Assembly: GCA_010909165.1 (NCBI GenBank)
Contig: MU008171.1
Location: 186,001 to 250,000 of the forward strand
Length of the DNA: 64,000 nt
DNA from: Anthoceros angustus
Taxonomy: Eukaryota; Plantae; Anthocerotophyta
Direction of reading: 5' to 3'
Within the stretch, counting starts at the first letter, position 1. Each line of letters begins with the position of its first letter. This document shows positions 24,441-35,710 of the stretch, one piece after another. The notes below the pieces were generated by a model, which was given only the letters and a program-made list of their open reading frames with translations, was not told where the DNA came from and made no database searches. Position numbers and translations under genes: made by a program.

Positions 24441-26249
24441 CTTTGTAATGTCAAATGGCGAGATCATCTTGTACATCCGTGGATCAAGTCAATATCGGAC
24501 CGCTTGTAAGGACTCGGAAAGATGCCTTGGTCGGGATGCTCTTGTGGAAAGACCCGCATGTGGCGCAGCTTGAGTTGTCCTTGGAGTCCGGCCGGGTCTC
24601 GGGCTCCGCCTGCTCAAGGCCCGTGAGTCTCCCTTCCGTCGCCTTTTTTTCTCCACCGGAGGCTGCGATTTGTTGGAGTCATTCTTCCGCTCGAGCCCTT
24701 GGAGGAGCCATCAGATGCAACTATGAAAGAAGTGAGATCACGTAAGTGTTTAGATTGTTAAAAGTCGATACTGCATGAGCCGCAACTTCTCGAACACGGG
24801 ACAGCCTGCGTGTGGAGTTGACAGGTTGATGCTCTGCACGACTAGCCCAAAACTGCACGCCGCCGATGAGGAGGTCGCGTGTCTCGACATCTGCAGCTGC
24901 CCGCCGCCGATGGACAAAGTGCGGGTGAGTGTGAGAACGACCTGCTTTTCTCCGGCAATCTCTTGCTTTTCCCACACATAAGCTAGATGGAAATACACAT
25001 CTTCCCGCCAAAGCGAGAATGAATCTATACCATCCGAAGGGAAGGTGGGGTGCGTCATGAAGGAAGACACAGGCAAGGCGCTCAGAATCAAGCAACTCCT
25101 TAAATGCTTTGTCATGACCGTGTTTTGCCATTGTCCCGCTAATGTGGCAATGCAAATTTGAGCATATTCTAAGGTATATGCTAGTTATGCCACGGCTAAA
25201 ATAGTGTTCGGTGGCATAACGATGGGCACCTAGAGTGATTCAAAGATCCACCGACTAGCTAGACATGCCCGCCGCTTCCTACCGGCAAAGTGGGCACATC
25301 GACTTCATTGCCGATTTAGTGCGAAGGCTTATTTCGCACCAAGCCCGCGAATTGTATCGAGTCTTGCATCCACTTCTCATCCACCTTGCGCATCCCTCCT
25401 CCTCCTCACTGGACGCCACACGCCTCCGTGAGAGCAATGGCCAACGACAGCGGACGGCGTGTTCGATTTTGCAAATTTCGTGCCGCGGTCGATGCATGTC
25501 ATTCCGAACTGGTGGCCATGAGTCCGACGACTCAATTGTTGATCTCGATGTATGCCCGCACAACCCCGTCGTAGTTTTAGAGGATGATTGGCTATGGCGG
25601 CCGCCGATGTGCATAGTCCTTGAAGAGACACGTGAAAGTGCATTTCACAACGGTGGAGAGCGACGGCGCGTGTTCCGGATATGGAGGGGGAACGGAGGAT
25701 ATGGTTGCCGCCGATGGGGACCTTTTTCCGACGATCCTACGATGCGAGGCGGAGAGGATCGCACAAGAGGAGCTCGTGGCAGATTTAACCGGATGTCCGG
25801 TGCTCGACGCAGACGCCGCGACGCAGGCCGACTGCATGCCACCACGAGGCGACTGCACCATCCATCCGGACTTCTTCGATCACTGGCGGCGCATCGCGAA
25901 GATGTGGCGCATTTGGGCGTAAACCGGATAACACCGGACGCCCGGCGACAAGGTCGGCCCTCCGGCGGATGTCGGGTCTCCTGAATACTATCGAGAATGT
26001 GCTACACTGTGCAGGAACACCGGGCAAGACTCGATGTGGAGAGTGTTGCGAGTCTCCGGACTTTGGTGAGAAGATCACAAGATTGTTGATTTTGGGCTTG
26101 GCTTGAAACAATATCGCACGCGGGTGATGGCGGAGTTGCAAGTACCGGGAGTCGCCCAAGAGCTAATGTGGTCCGTGGTCCCGGATCTTTGTTTGGTGAT
26201 TGTGATGCCATCCGGTTGAGTTGCTCGAGATGATGCCTCGCACATCCGC

Positions 26250-27900
26250 CAAAAGGTGAGGATTTGCTGCAACGACGCTGACGCTGCGCGAAAGTACCTC
26301 CGAGCTAGAATGGATTTGGTCTTAGAGAAGCATTGTTCCAGTGCCAAGCGATTTAAAGTTGTTGTGACAAAAATGTTTAGAGCGTGTTGGCCATTCAAAT
26401 TGAAGGTGATTCGTAGCATTCTTCCGCATGACAAAAGGAGAGGGAACATTTGCAAGACCATCCGGATCCGATCAAGACGAAGAGGAGTTGTTGCCCATAG
26501 TATGGATAAACCGGATTCCACATGGGAAGAAACAGTGTGTGTGAGGGCTTTCCGTCGCATTGGGTCACTAAGATACAAGAATGCGCAAACCGGGTAGTGA
26601 AAAATGTTAGATGGACCGTAGGCTACGGTCGCAGCAGCCAACGCCATATGGATTACACGTCATGTGGATGGACGTTTTCTTCAAAGGTCGTGGAAAGATC
26701 GCCGAATCGGAAGTCTTCAACTTGCCGACTGACACTAAAGAGGAGATCTTCATTGAGTATGCCAGTGCAGATCGCAGCTCCCACGCTTGTTCTGCCTACT
26801 TTTGCAAGCTTTGGATGAAGTATTTCGTTAAAATACCACGGCAACGGTTTTGATCTGTCATGCGATGACCTAAAGAGGAAAATAAAAGGCGGGGTCGGAC
26901 CACGTACAAGGTGAGATGGCGGTCCTTATTCCAGCGGTCACCGGATGTCCCACAACGAACTGGCGCAACCCCATGGCCTCACACCTTTTCTTGCGAATGA
27001 AGGCGGGCTTGAAACAAACTGTGCACATTGTCGACGCCTTATTGTTGCAGGCACAAGAATGTGGAGCCGAGTCCACAGAGAACAATGTATGAGCGCACAA
27101 ATGTGCACAAGTGCGTGGCTAAGTTCATTGGTATTGCCATAGATGGTATGGACCAAAAAACAGAGTTGCCCCATTACCGCAGATTGCCAAAGACGGTTGA
27201 TTGGAGCCCTTGTCGGGCTTCACGTTCTAGGTGTGCTGGTGTTCAACTACTTGGTGCGCACTGAGTGTATTTGAGTTTCGAATGTGAGAAATGATCCGAA
27301 TGGAATCAGAGCCGTGATTCAAAGAGATGTTATCAATACCGAGGCCGCCCCTATTCTATACTTGCGGATGGACAACACTGCTCAAAACAAGAATGTGGAG
27401 GTATTGGCATATCCGTCCATGCTTGTGGCGAAAGGTATCTTCAAAAATCAAGGTGGGGTTTCTTCTTGTTGGCCATACCCACGATCGATTGACCAAATGT
27501 TTTCGAGGTTCTCGGTTGTGCTAGGGTTGAAGGATGCTTTCACACGCCTCAAATGATAGGGTTGCCGGAGCGGGCGACACCCCATCACCGCAGATTCATC
27601 TTGAAGGAGGTGCGGACTTCAAGACCTATCTATGAAGGGGATCTGCAACGATGACTTGCATAATCACGCCAACACCGTTCAAAATAACAAGGAGAAGTCG
27701 CTATCGAGAGGACGGATGTGCTAAGATGCAAGGAGTTTTCAAGTTCGATCGGTCACCGGAGGGTGGTGTGCGCTATTACGCTCAGGGTGCCACCACGGGT
27801 GATTGTGGCACTCCATTGTTGCCGTTGGTCCCATCACATGCCCAAGGTAAAGGAAAGGGACAAGCAAAGCGGAAGGATGCCCCGATGTCCGGTCAATGAC
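26250..27900 (+). pseudogene. Sola-type (DUF7869-like) DDD transposase, frameshifted
   Basis: VCVRAF, WMDVFFK...LPTDTKEEIFIEY...YFCKLWMKYFVKIPR, IAIDGMDQKTELPHY, ILYLRMDNTAQNKNVEVLAY..MLVAKGIFK, VGFLLVGHTH...IDQMFSRFS. These are the DN..NKN and GHT...D motifs of this family, not the Tnp2 motifs of plant CACTA elements. Confidence 0.75.
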
Positions 27901-30900
27901 GATAGTCTCAAGGCTGGCGGTAGTGGTAGTGTAGTGGCGGAGTCCATGAAGTAAAAGCGGGCCTAGAACGCACCGTGACATATGAATGTGGAGCAACTAT
28001 CATGGTGGGATACGCTCGATGAACAGTAGCAATAGCCGAGAGACTAGCACCGGCATTCCATTCCGTTGGAGAGAATGGTCTTGGTACACTCGCGATGAAG
28101 AAAACGAGGTACCACCAGACCCTCCAGACTCAACTTTGGTTGATCCCGCAATGGCGACGGATTTTTGGACATGGTCGGAGGTGTACAGGGCACATGGGCG
28201 GAGGGAGGGCAAGGGCGAGGCTGTCGAGGTTGTGTGAAGGAGATTGAGGAGGGAATGATGGCCGGCCTGCCGGGATGATCCAGGGCGACCATTCGCTCGC
28301 AAAAGTGGTGGAGGTGGACCATGATGTCAGTCCCTTTCATGATAGTTCATTGGTGGCGGACAGAGAACAATGATGCATTCGAGGGAAGGTACATGGAGGA
28401 GTTTGTGATACGGAAGCGCCCACCGTCGAGGGAAAAAGTGCGGCGATCAAAGAATGGAGGCAGAGGCGGAGAAGCATTTGCAAAGCCTCAACTTCCCGAG
28501 ACAAATGTGCTGGCCTATGATTTCATGACAAGGAACAAGACGCTGGAGGACGACAATGAAGGAAAGACCAAAGTCTTTGAGTTGCGGTCGAGCCGATGAA
28601 CCGGCGAGACTTCCGCCACCGACACGAATGTCATGCCCAAGACATGATTGACTCCTAAGACCTCGACAATGTGGAATCAACGGATGAGTCCACGACGTGG
28701 TGGTGGACCACCGGATGGTCCGGACTGGAGAGGAGCCGTAGGGCAACCTAATATTGTCAACTTTCCGCCTTGTACCAGACGTTATGTCCCCTCGGGCTTG
28801 AATGCGTGATTGTTTTCGCCTTTTCGTGGAAAGGTTTAACGACTTGCCATCGGCATCATCTCGCTTGTAGGAAGTTGACGTGATAATGTCCGGAGCATGT
28901 AACGGCGACTATGTCGAAACCGATCCCAGCAATGTGGTGCTCTAATTTTCTAACAATGTTCGTGGTTTTGTCCGATTGAGAGTAGCAGCCGCGAGGTTTC
29001 AATGGTGATCATGCGTCATCTATGTTCGACCTTGCGGTGTGGCGAAGTGTTCCCGAGGATGGTCACGCCAGGATGTCCGTGGCAAGGTATGTATGCCGCA
29101 GCAAGTGCGCAATGTTTGTTTTTCGGTTCTAGTTCCGGGACCGCCTAATGACTATGGGGTGGAACGGACGGGGTCCAGCCTCGTGGGCGCTCAGCGAACG
29201 GACGCACACCAAAGGAAACGTGAGTACCAAGACGGGCTCAAAACGGCGTCCTCCACTGCTTCCACCGCCAGAGGTTGTCTTCCACCTCCTTTGTGGTTTG
29301 TGCACGCCATCCATCCCTCCTCCGCGGAGAGCCGTCCTCACGCCATGCTCCTCCACCTCCTTCCGCCTCGACTTGTCCGGGTTTTGCCTGCTTGTTCCGC
29401 CTCCTCCTTACGCCCCATCCATCCAACCTTCCTTCCCTAACTCACTGCTTGCAGCCCTTCCGGATGAGGACTCGCAGAGGTGGCTACGAGTCACCACCTC
29501 GTATCACAAGGGAGGATGTGGAGGCAAAGCGAGCGAAGGCGGAGAAGGATGGAAGTTGCCCATCCAGGACTTGTGTGGAGGCCATTTGGGTCTCCAACAG
29601 TGCAAAGGGGAAAAAGACGATGTGGCCATCTCCTTCCATGCAGAGGGTGGCGGTGGCATCGTAGATTTTCCAGATCTTTGCGGTAGGAAAAGCCCGGAAG
29701 AGGACTATAGGATAGCGAAGGAGGGGTTCCCGGAGGCGAAACGAAGGGTGCAGCAACTCCAGCATGGCCGCAGAGGAAGGAGGGGTGAAGGAAGAGCTCG
29801 AGGACTGTCCCGGTCCCAAAGAATTGTTTAGAGCTTCCGTGACCTTGCATGCCGTGAGTCCATGCAATTACGCGAATGAAGGTTGCCGCAGAGGAGGCCA
29901 CGACCGGGAGCGGGAGCTGGGTGGAAGTGAAGGAGGAGGCGGTAAGCACTTACCTCTACCTTTTCGCTTGAGAGTTGAGCATGGTTGTCGCTGCATGCAC
30001 TAACGGGCTGTTCATTGTGGCGTAGACAGGCTGATGGGGACACCCTTGGCAAAACCGGAGGAGCACTTGGAGATAGGAGCGTGAAGTGGGTTACCTAGGT
30101 TTTTTTTGCAAGCGATCAGACTAGAAGCGGGGCGGAGGGGAAGAGAAAGGGAGGGAGAGGGGTTGGATGCTTCGTAGCTTTCTCGTGGCTTCACCGGGTC
30201 GAGTTGGGGACGGCAATCACATGATTTTGTGTATGTCAAGTTTTAGCGTCGATGTGCAAGCCATGGTCCGCCAAGTGTGAAGCGGAAACGGGGTTTGAGT
30301 TTGGGGAATGCCTCGATTCGGAATGTTTTGTCACACGGACAGTGGCTATGAGCCAACGGTCAATGTCACATGGCATGGACTAGAGGCGGTTACATGTGAA
30401 CTACACCATATCGGTTTTCCAATACTTTATTAGCGAGAAATGTATTCATCAAGATATACTTTGTACCTTGGGGATGTATATTTGAATAATATTATTCCAT
30501 GTATTTTACATGAATAACCCTAAGGCCCACAAACAAAGTGAGCCCGCTAGTGATGCATTCTCATCCAATTGTGTAACATGACTACACTTTTCCATATGCC
30601 GCCAAAGGTAAAAGGTAGCTTTGGTCGTAATGTATCCCAAAAGTGACACGATTGAAATAAAGCCTAAATAAATGTTCTAGTCTGCACGCCATAAATTTAT
30701 AAGGATCTCTACTTTTTCTCCCCGAATGCCTCTTTTGTTTAACCATGAGACATCGAGGTGTGGAAATATTGCCAATAAATTTCAAGTTTTGATGAAGTGG
30801 AATGGGTTTGGGTGTCATGTGAGTTGTATTTTTAGCAGCCGTTTCCCACAAACCCTCAAAATCAACGTTCCGAGTTTTCTTAAGTGCAAATTTTGATGAC

Positions 30901-30964
30901 ATATTTGGCCCGTCTCCGGAAAGTGGAGTGTGTCACTAGCCCTAAGGAGACCTTGTTCTCCTCC

Positions 30965-33180
30965 GTCGGCGTTATCGCAGTTTTTAATTCATGTGTGGGG
31001 GCACGCGAACCTCCTGAAGGAGGGTGAAGAGGAACGCGCACTCCGGAAAGGGCTGGCCGCCTACCGGAGGCGGGAGGCGGGAGGCCTGCCCACCGGAGCA
31101 AGAGGGTCCGGAGGAAGAGGACAAGGGAATCCTGCACTCCATACGTCTGAGCGGACCCTCGCCACCGAGGGAAGTGTGGAGGACATCCCCGCTTCCTCCT
31201 CCGGTGCCCCACCGGAGCAGAAGAGGCGGCCCTGTGGAGGTGGAGGCGGCCCAGCCCGATGCACTGTACAAGAACGATTTAGCCCGAGCTCTTGACTCGC
31301 TGGGGACCAAGAGGCGAAGACGTGCCAATTCAACGCAAAGACCTGTGACGGCGCCTGCGTTTCGCTCGCCAACGGAGTGGCAAGAAGCCGAGGAGGCGAC
31401 GAGGCGAAAGTGGACGCTTCCATGGGAGGCCACCGCAAGCACTCCCCACCTGAGCGTCCTGCCTCCGACCGGGAGAGGTAAAGGGTCACCTCGAACCCTC
31501 ACCCTCCGAGCCCTGTGAGAAAGAGGGCGAATAAGGAATTGGCGCCAAGAGGGCCAAGGAGGCTCCGGACTAAAGACTCGTGACCCGAGGGTCCCGATTA
31601 GGTCCGAGAGCCCACGACTCGCCCGGACCGCGGTATGGAGGTCCTTGGCGATCGAGAGATGCCCGCCCCACGGACTTCTTGGGGGCCTCACCTGGCAGTG
31701 GAAGAGACACGGCGGTCCTGCTACCGCATGGACGATATGCCTGGGGTCTGGACGGCCGAGAAGACCTGTGGAGGTGGAGGCAACAAGGAGGCGCATGGTG
31801 CTCCTCCAGGAGCAGGTGGAGGCGGCCCAGGAGGCGAGGAAGAAGGCGGAAGCCCTCGGCCGCATCGAGGAGGGAAAGCGCCGGGAGGCAGAAAGGGAAG
31901 TCTGGTCCATTCGACAGGATCGGGCTAAGTTTCTTCAGCTGGGCGAGCAGCTGAAGCAGGCACAGGAGGCCCAAGCACGGGCAGAGGACCTCTGCAGGCG
32001 GCGGGAGGTGGCGCAGAAGGAGGCAGAGGAGGGACGTAGGCAGGCGGAGAACGCCCGCGACTTGGCCGAGGTGGCTCGGCGAGCCCAACATCAGACCAGC
32101 GAGGCTCAGCTGAAGGCAGCGCGAGAAGCGGAAGCCGCGGCGAAGGTCGACCGGGATCACTATCGACGTGATCGGAACCGTGCCGGGTAGGTAGCCGCTA
32201 ACGTGAAGGCCGGCCGCCAGCGAGGAGCAAGCACGGTCGAGCCGTGAGGAGGAGCCGGAGGTCGCACCGGAAATAGGGGACCTCGTGGTGCACCGCAAGA
32301 GCGGCGAGGGAGGAAGGACCCGGAGGCAAGGATACCTTGAGTCGCAACCAAGACGACGGAAAAGCAGGGGTTCTCAACGAGAATCCAAGACTTCGAAAGG
32401 AGATAGAGCGCCCACGCTTGAAGACGGAGGAGAATAGGCGACGGCCCAAGGAGTTCGACGCGAGGCCGCAGCAGAGGTGGAGGAAGCTGTGAGTCGGGGA
32501 TACCGCCCGCCCGAGAAGGAAGGGCGACTCCGGAAAGGATGAACGGAGGGAAGAAGGCGGAGGAGGAGCAGAGGTCGCCCGTCCGGCTATGGGAAGTGAG
32601 GGTGAGCTCACCATGGCGCAAATCAAGTGAGCAAGAACGAAAGGGAGGAGGAGAACGCCGAGCAGCCAAGGCCGCAGGAGGTCTCTGAGGCCGCCTTGGT
32701 GGCATCGAGGAGTCCGCCCGCTGGGCTTGGTAAGCGCAACGAGACGGCCCAGCCGACAACATGCCCAACCGAGCACCTCCGTGGTGGAGGGAATACGTGC
32801 CCGGCCCATGTGGAGGAGGCAATTCAACAAGTCGATTCCGACTTTGCCTACTACCACGCAGAAGCCTCAAGGCTCGAGGTCTTGCGCCACCCCCAGGCAG
32901 TGGGGCGGACTTTAAGGGCTGGAAGGAGGAGCGAGGGAGGAAGGACCCGGGGACAGCACAGCCACGGGGACCCTAGGCGCGCTGTTTGACGACAACAGCA
33001 GCAGCGGCGAGGGAGAGCAACGGGAGGAGCCGGACGCAGGAAGGGTCACTGCGCCGGAGGTAAGCACTCTGCACCTCCGCACGGAAGGAAGGGGGGAGGG
33101 CCCTGGGGAGGCCGTGGAAGGGGCGCAACCGGGAACCCGGGAACCACGGAAGGCCTGGGCAGAGCCGTGATAAGCCCGGC
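30965..33180 (+). pseudogene. Distal part of the degenerate reading frame inside the solo-LTR-like element (coiled-coil rich)
   Basis: ORF 31645-32190 encodes EQVEAAQEARKKAEALGRIEEGKRREAERE..., which is heptad/EKRA-rich. Homologous frames occur at 45345-47450. The proximal part lies at ~13556-14495 and ~44520-45420. Confidence 0.55.
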
Positions 33181-33254
33181 GAGGAGGCAAAACCAGAGTC
33201 CGTGGGTCCGACTTTGTCCGACTCAAGAAAGGCCGACTCAAGTCCGCCCTCAAG

Positions 33255-33475
33255 GAGGATCCGGACTTAGAGGTCAGACTCTAGTGACAGGACGGACCCC
33301 GAGGTCCGGACCTCAGAGGGAAGGTTGGGCCCAAAAGACCGGACACCGGAGGCAAGTCCGGACCTCGAGGTCCGAACTCCAGAAAGAAGGCCGGACACAG
33401 AGGACCGGACCCCAGAGGGAAGGCCGGACCTAGAGGTCCGGACTCCGGAGTCGAGACGGGCCCCGAGGTCCACTG
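33255..33475. repeat. Cluster of short gaggtccg(g)ac repeats inside the LTR-like element
   Basis: gaggtccggac, gaggtccgaac and ccggacctagaggtccggac recur about 8 times. The homologous cluster is at ~47650-47900. Confidence 0.7.
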
Positions 33476-34435
33476 TGGAGAGGAGCCACCATCACCCCGG
33501 CAGATCCATCTCTTGGAGGGCCCGCCAGAGAGATAAGAGAGGAGGGGGAGGAGGACTTAGTGGTGACCGCTGTCGCCGCCGCCGTAGCGCAGCCTGCACC
33601 GGGAGAGGTAGGGGTCCCGCCTCGCGGATCATCCGATTGCGCGCCGCCGTGGCTCGCCTGGGCCACAAGAAAATCGGGGCCATCCCACACCACCGATGGC
33701 GAGATAGGAGGAATAAGGAGAATAGTAGGCGGCCGATTAGCGCACGAGCTGGCCCTCACCGTAATAGGTGTAATAAAGGCGCCGACCTTCGCGAGTATAA
33801 GAGGGCCGAGGCCGCCCGAGTAAAGTATCTTTCTCTTGGTGTTGATGCCGCTGCTCCGCTGCCCTTGGGTGCCTTCTTGTTAACGCGAGTCCCGAGTCAT
33901 CGAAGCCAAATGAGAGACTGATCAAGGTCTTGGTGACGGACCCTAACGTGTGGTGGTGTGTGCAGGGAATAGCGCCTAGGGACCCTTGCTCGTCCAGAGC
34001 AGTGGCCCAGCGTTGGACGGACCGGAACGTGTGATCCGGAGGAACTCCGGGAGGGCGTGCAGAGCCCGGACGGAGAGGCCCGGCAGAGCAACGGAGGAGG
34101 TCCGGACCGCATAGCCACCCGCGCTTTTCCCAAGGATGGTGAGAGTAGTGAGAGTGGTAAGAGGAATGGACTAGAGGGTTGAGTGACGAACTTGAACGAC
34201 ACGGACGCGAACGGGTCCTTAAACGTTTGGCCGCACCGGGCCTGTCGGTGAGCGTTGCGGGTAGTTAGGCTTAAAACGATGAATAGGTGTATTGAGACTG
34301 AACCGATACTAAGTGAGGGACGAAACGATTGAAACGAGGCAAACGGAGCCCATCATTCTCTTGGGAGAGGACTCCTTACTACAACGACACGGGATTGTGC
34401 GCGCCCGGCTGGCCATCAGCGAAAGTCGCACCACA

Positions 34436-34888
34436 GGAAGTCACAGAGAGACACATCTACATCTGAAGTGGCATCTGCCTTTTTCTTAGTATTTTTCACG
34501 AAAAAGTTTAACCGATTAGGTATTTATAACAATTTACTGTATACTGATTACAAAATTGGAGCCAAAATTGGGCCTTCATTGGGTTTGAGGAACCGGGGTC
34601 AGGAAGAAAATCTTCTATCTGCCCCCTCTCTAACGCGGCCCGAGCAATCTATCTGCCCCCTCTCTAACGCGGCCCGAGCAATCTTAATGAAACTAACCTC
34701 CAATCTACGCAGAGGTCGAAGGAGCACATCTAGACCAACGCGCCTATGATTCTCTTTTTCTTAGTGCTTGGACATTCCAAGATTTATCCATTCTACTTGA
34801 AGGCAGCTGAAGCCATGCATAGGCCCGCAACTTCAAGGCAGTCAGGATTTTATTTTGCAGAAACGGGTCCTAAAGTAACACCCCCTTT
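34436..34888 (-). mobile_element. Remnant of a small LTR element (right part): PPT, LTR start, TATA
   Basis: On minus, AAAGGGGG|TGTTACTTTAGGAC at 34888-34867 and TATAAATACC near 34505. A ~35-bp tandem duplication lies at ~34612-34685. Confidence 0.45.
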
Positions 34889-35024
34889 CCAGCGAGGGGG
34901 AGGCAATCACGCAATTAGCGGCAATAACATCACTAGACACCAGCACTAGGCCTCCAAGTAGCCCAACATCCTTCCATGGGACGACTCGCAGTCAGCATCT
35001 CTGCCGCTGCTCTTTATTCCAACA

Positions 35025-35549
35025 AGAGTCAACAAGAATACATGAGAGATCAGATATAGCTCCCCATCTTTTCCTAAGCTAGGAGCTTAGCTCTCTCCCC
35101 TCGGTCTCCTCCTCAACAACTCTCCTCTAGCACACTCACACTCTAGGCTCCCAAAGCCTGTAGGCATCTCAGTCCTATCCTTACAAGAGTGTAGCCCCAA
35201 GTGCTAGGATCCTCCTAGACATGCTCACACTCTAGGCTCCCAAAGCCTATAGGCACCCTAGTCCTACTCTCACGAGTGTGGCTCCAAATGCTAGGATCAT
35301 AGGATGATCATCTTTAGGGCTAGCCTTATCTCCTTTTATAGGTAGGCTTACATTATTCCCAAAGTAACTGACTAAAGCAGACTATCTTCCTTTAAACCCT
35401 AAGCTAAGCCTTACCACCACTACTTACAACTTACTAAACTAGATTCAGAACTGCATCCTTTCATACAAAGCTTCTTACTCCTAAAATCTTTTCGCCGAAG
35501 AAATAAGATAAAATCAGATTTAATGTCCAAACAAAAAGGTATTCCAACA
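35025..35549 (-). mobile_element. Probable copia-like LTR remnant
   Basis: On minus it starts TGTTGGAATACC at 35549 and has CTATAAAAGG near 35335. A ~90-bp internal repeat (ctcacactctaggctcccaaagcct, x2) is present. The other end and the target duplication were not resolved. Confidence 0.35.
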
Positions 35550-35710
35550 ACTTGACCCGCAGGCGGGAAACAAATGACTCACCGTCGTTGAAAATATATA
35601 TAGTCTAGGTAACGAATGGAAAAGCAGAACGAGAAGACGAGACAAAACATTCTACTCGTAAGCAGACGGTAGGGAAAGGGCGCTTCTGTGACCCGATTGC
35701 CTGTCGCGCC

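Larger units (their letters stand above)
17660..30960 (+). mobile_element. Large (13.3 kb) Sola-like DNA transposon with 26-bp TIRs, degenerate
   Basis: Left AACAAGGTCTCCTTAGGACTGGTGAC (17660-17685) matches the reverse complement of the right end, GAG-AACAAGGTCTCCTTAGGGCTAGTGAC (30932-30960), at 24/26. CTCC flanks both sides (17656-17659, 30961-30964). The host LTR sequence resumes exactly after removal, and there is an internal DDD-type transposase. Confidence 0.75.
13284..34435 (+). mobile_element. Solo-LTR-like element copy 1 (~4.7 kb when two nested insertions are removed)
   Basis: Starts TGTGG at 13284 and ends CCACA at 34435. It is flanked by a perfect 5-bp duplication GGAAG (13279-13283, 34436-34440). 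The pieces 13284-14495, 17629-17659 and 30961-34435 are collinear with the uninterrupted copy at 44234-48828. A TATA-like gagtataagagg lies at ~33795. Confidence 0.8.

Noticed and set aside
17856-30552. Separate CACTA element bounded by aaccagcggg (17856) and cccgctagtg (30552)
   Set aside because: The match is only ~7-8 bp with a degenerate left end and no TSD. The 26-bp TIR pair at 17660/30960 explains the region better.
30984-32870. Long minus-strand ORFs (308, 242, 236 aa)
   Set aside because: They are low-complexity antisense shadows of the GC-rich coiled-coil frame on plus and contain no recognisable motifs.
35393-35403. Telo-box (AAACCCTAA) as an RH17 promoter element
   Set aside because: It lies within a probable LTR remnant and is a single short motif, which is not enough support.
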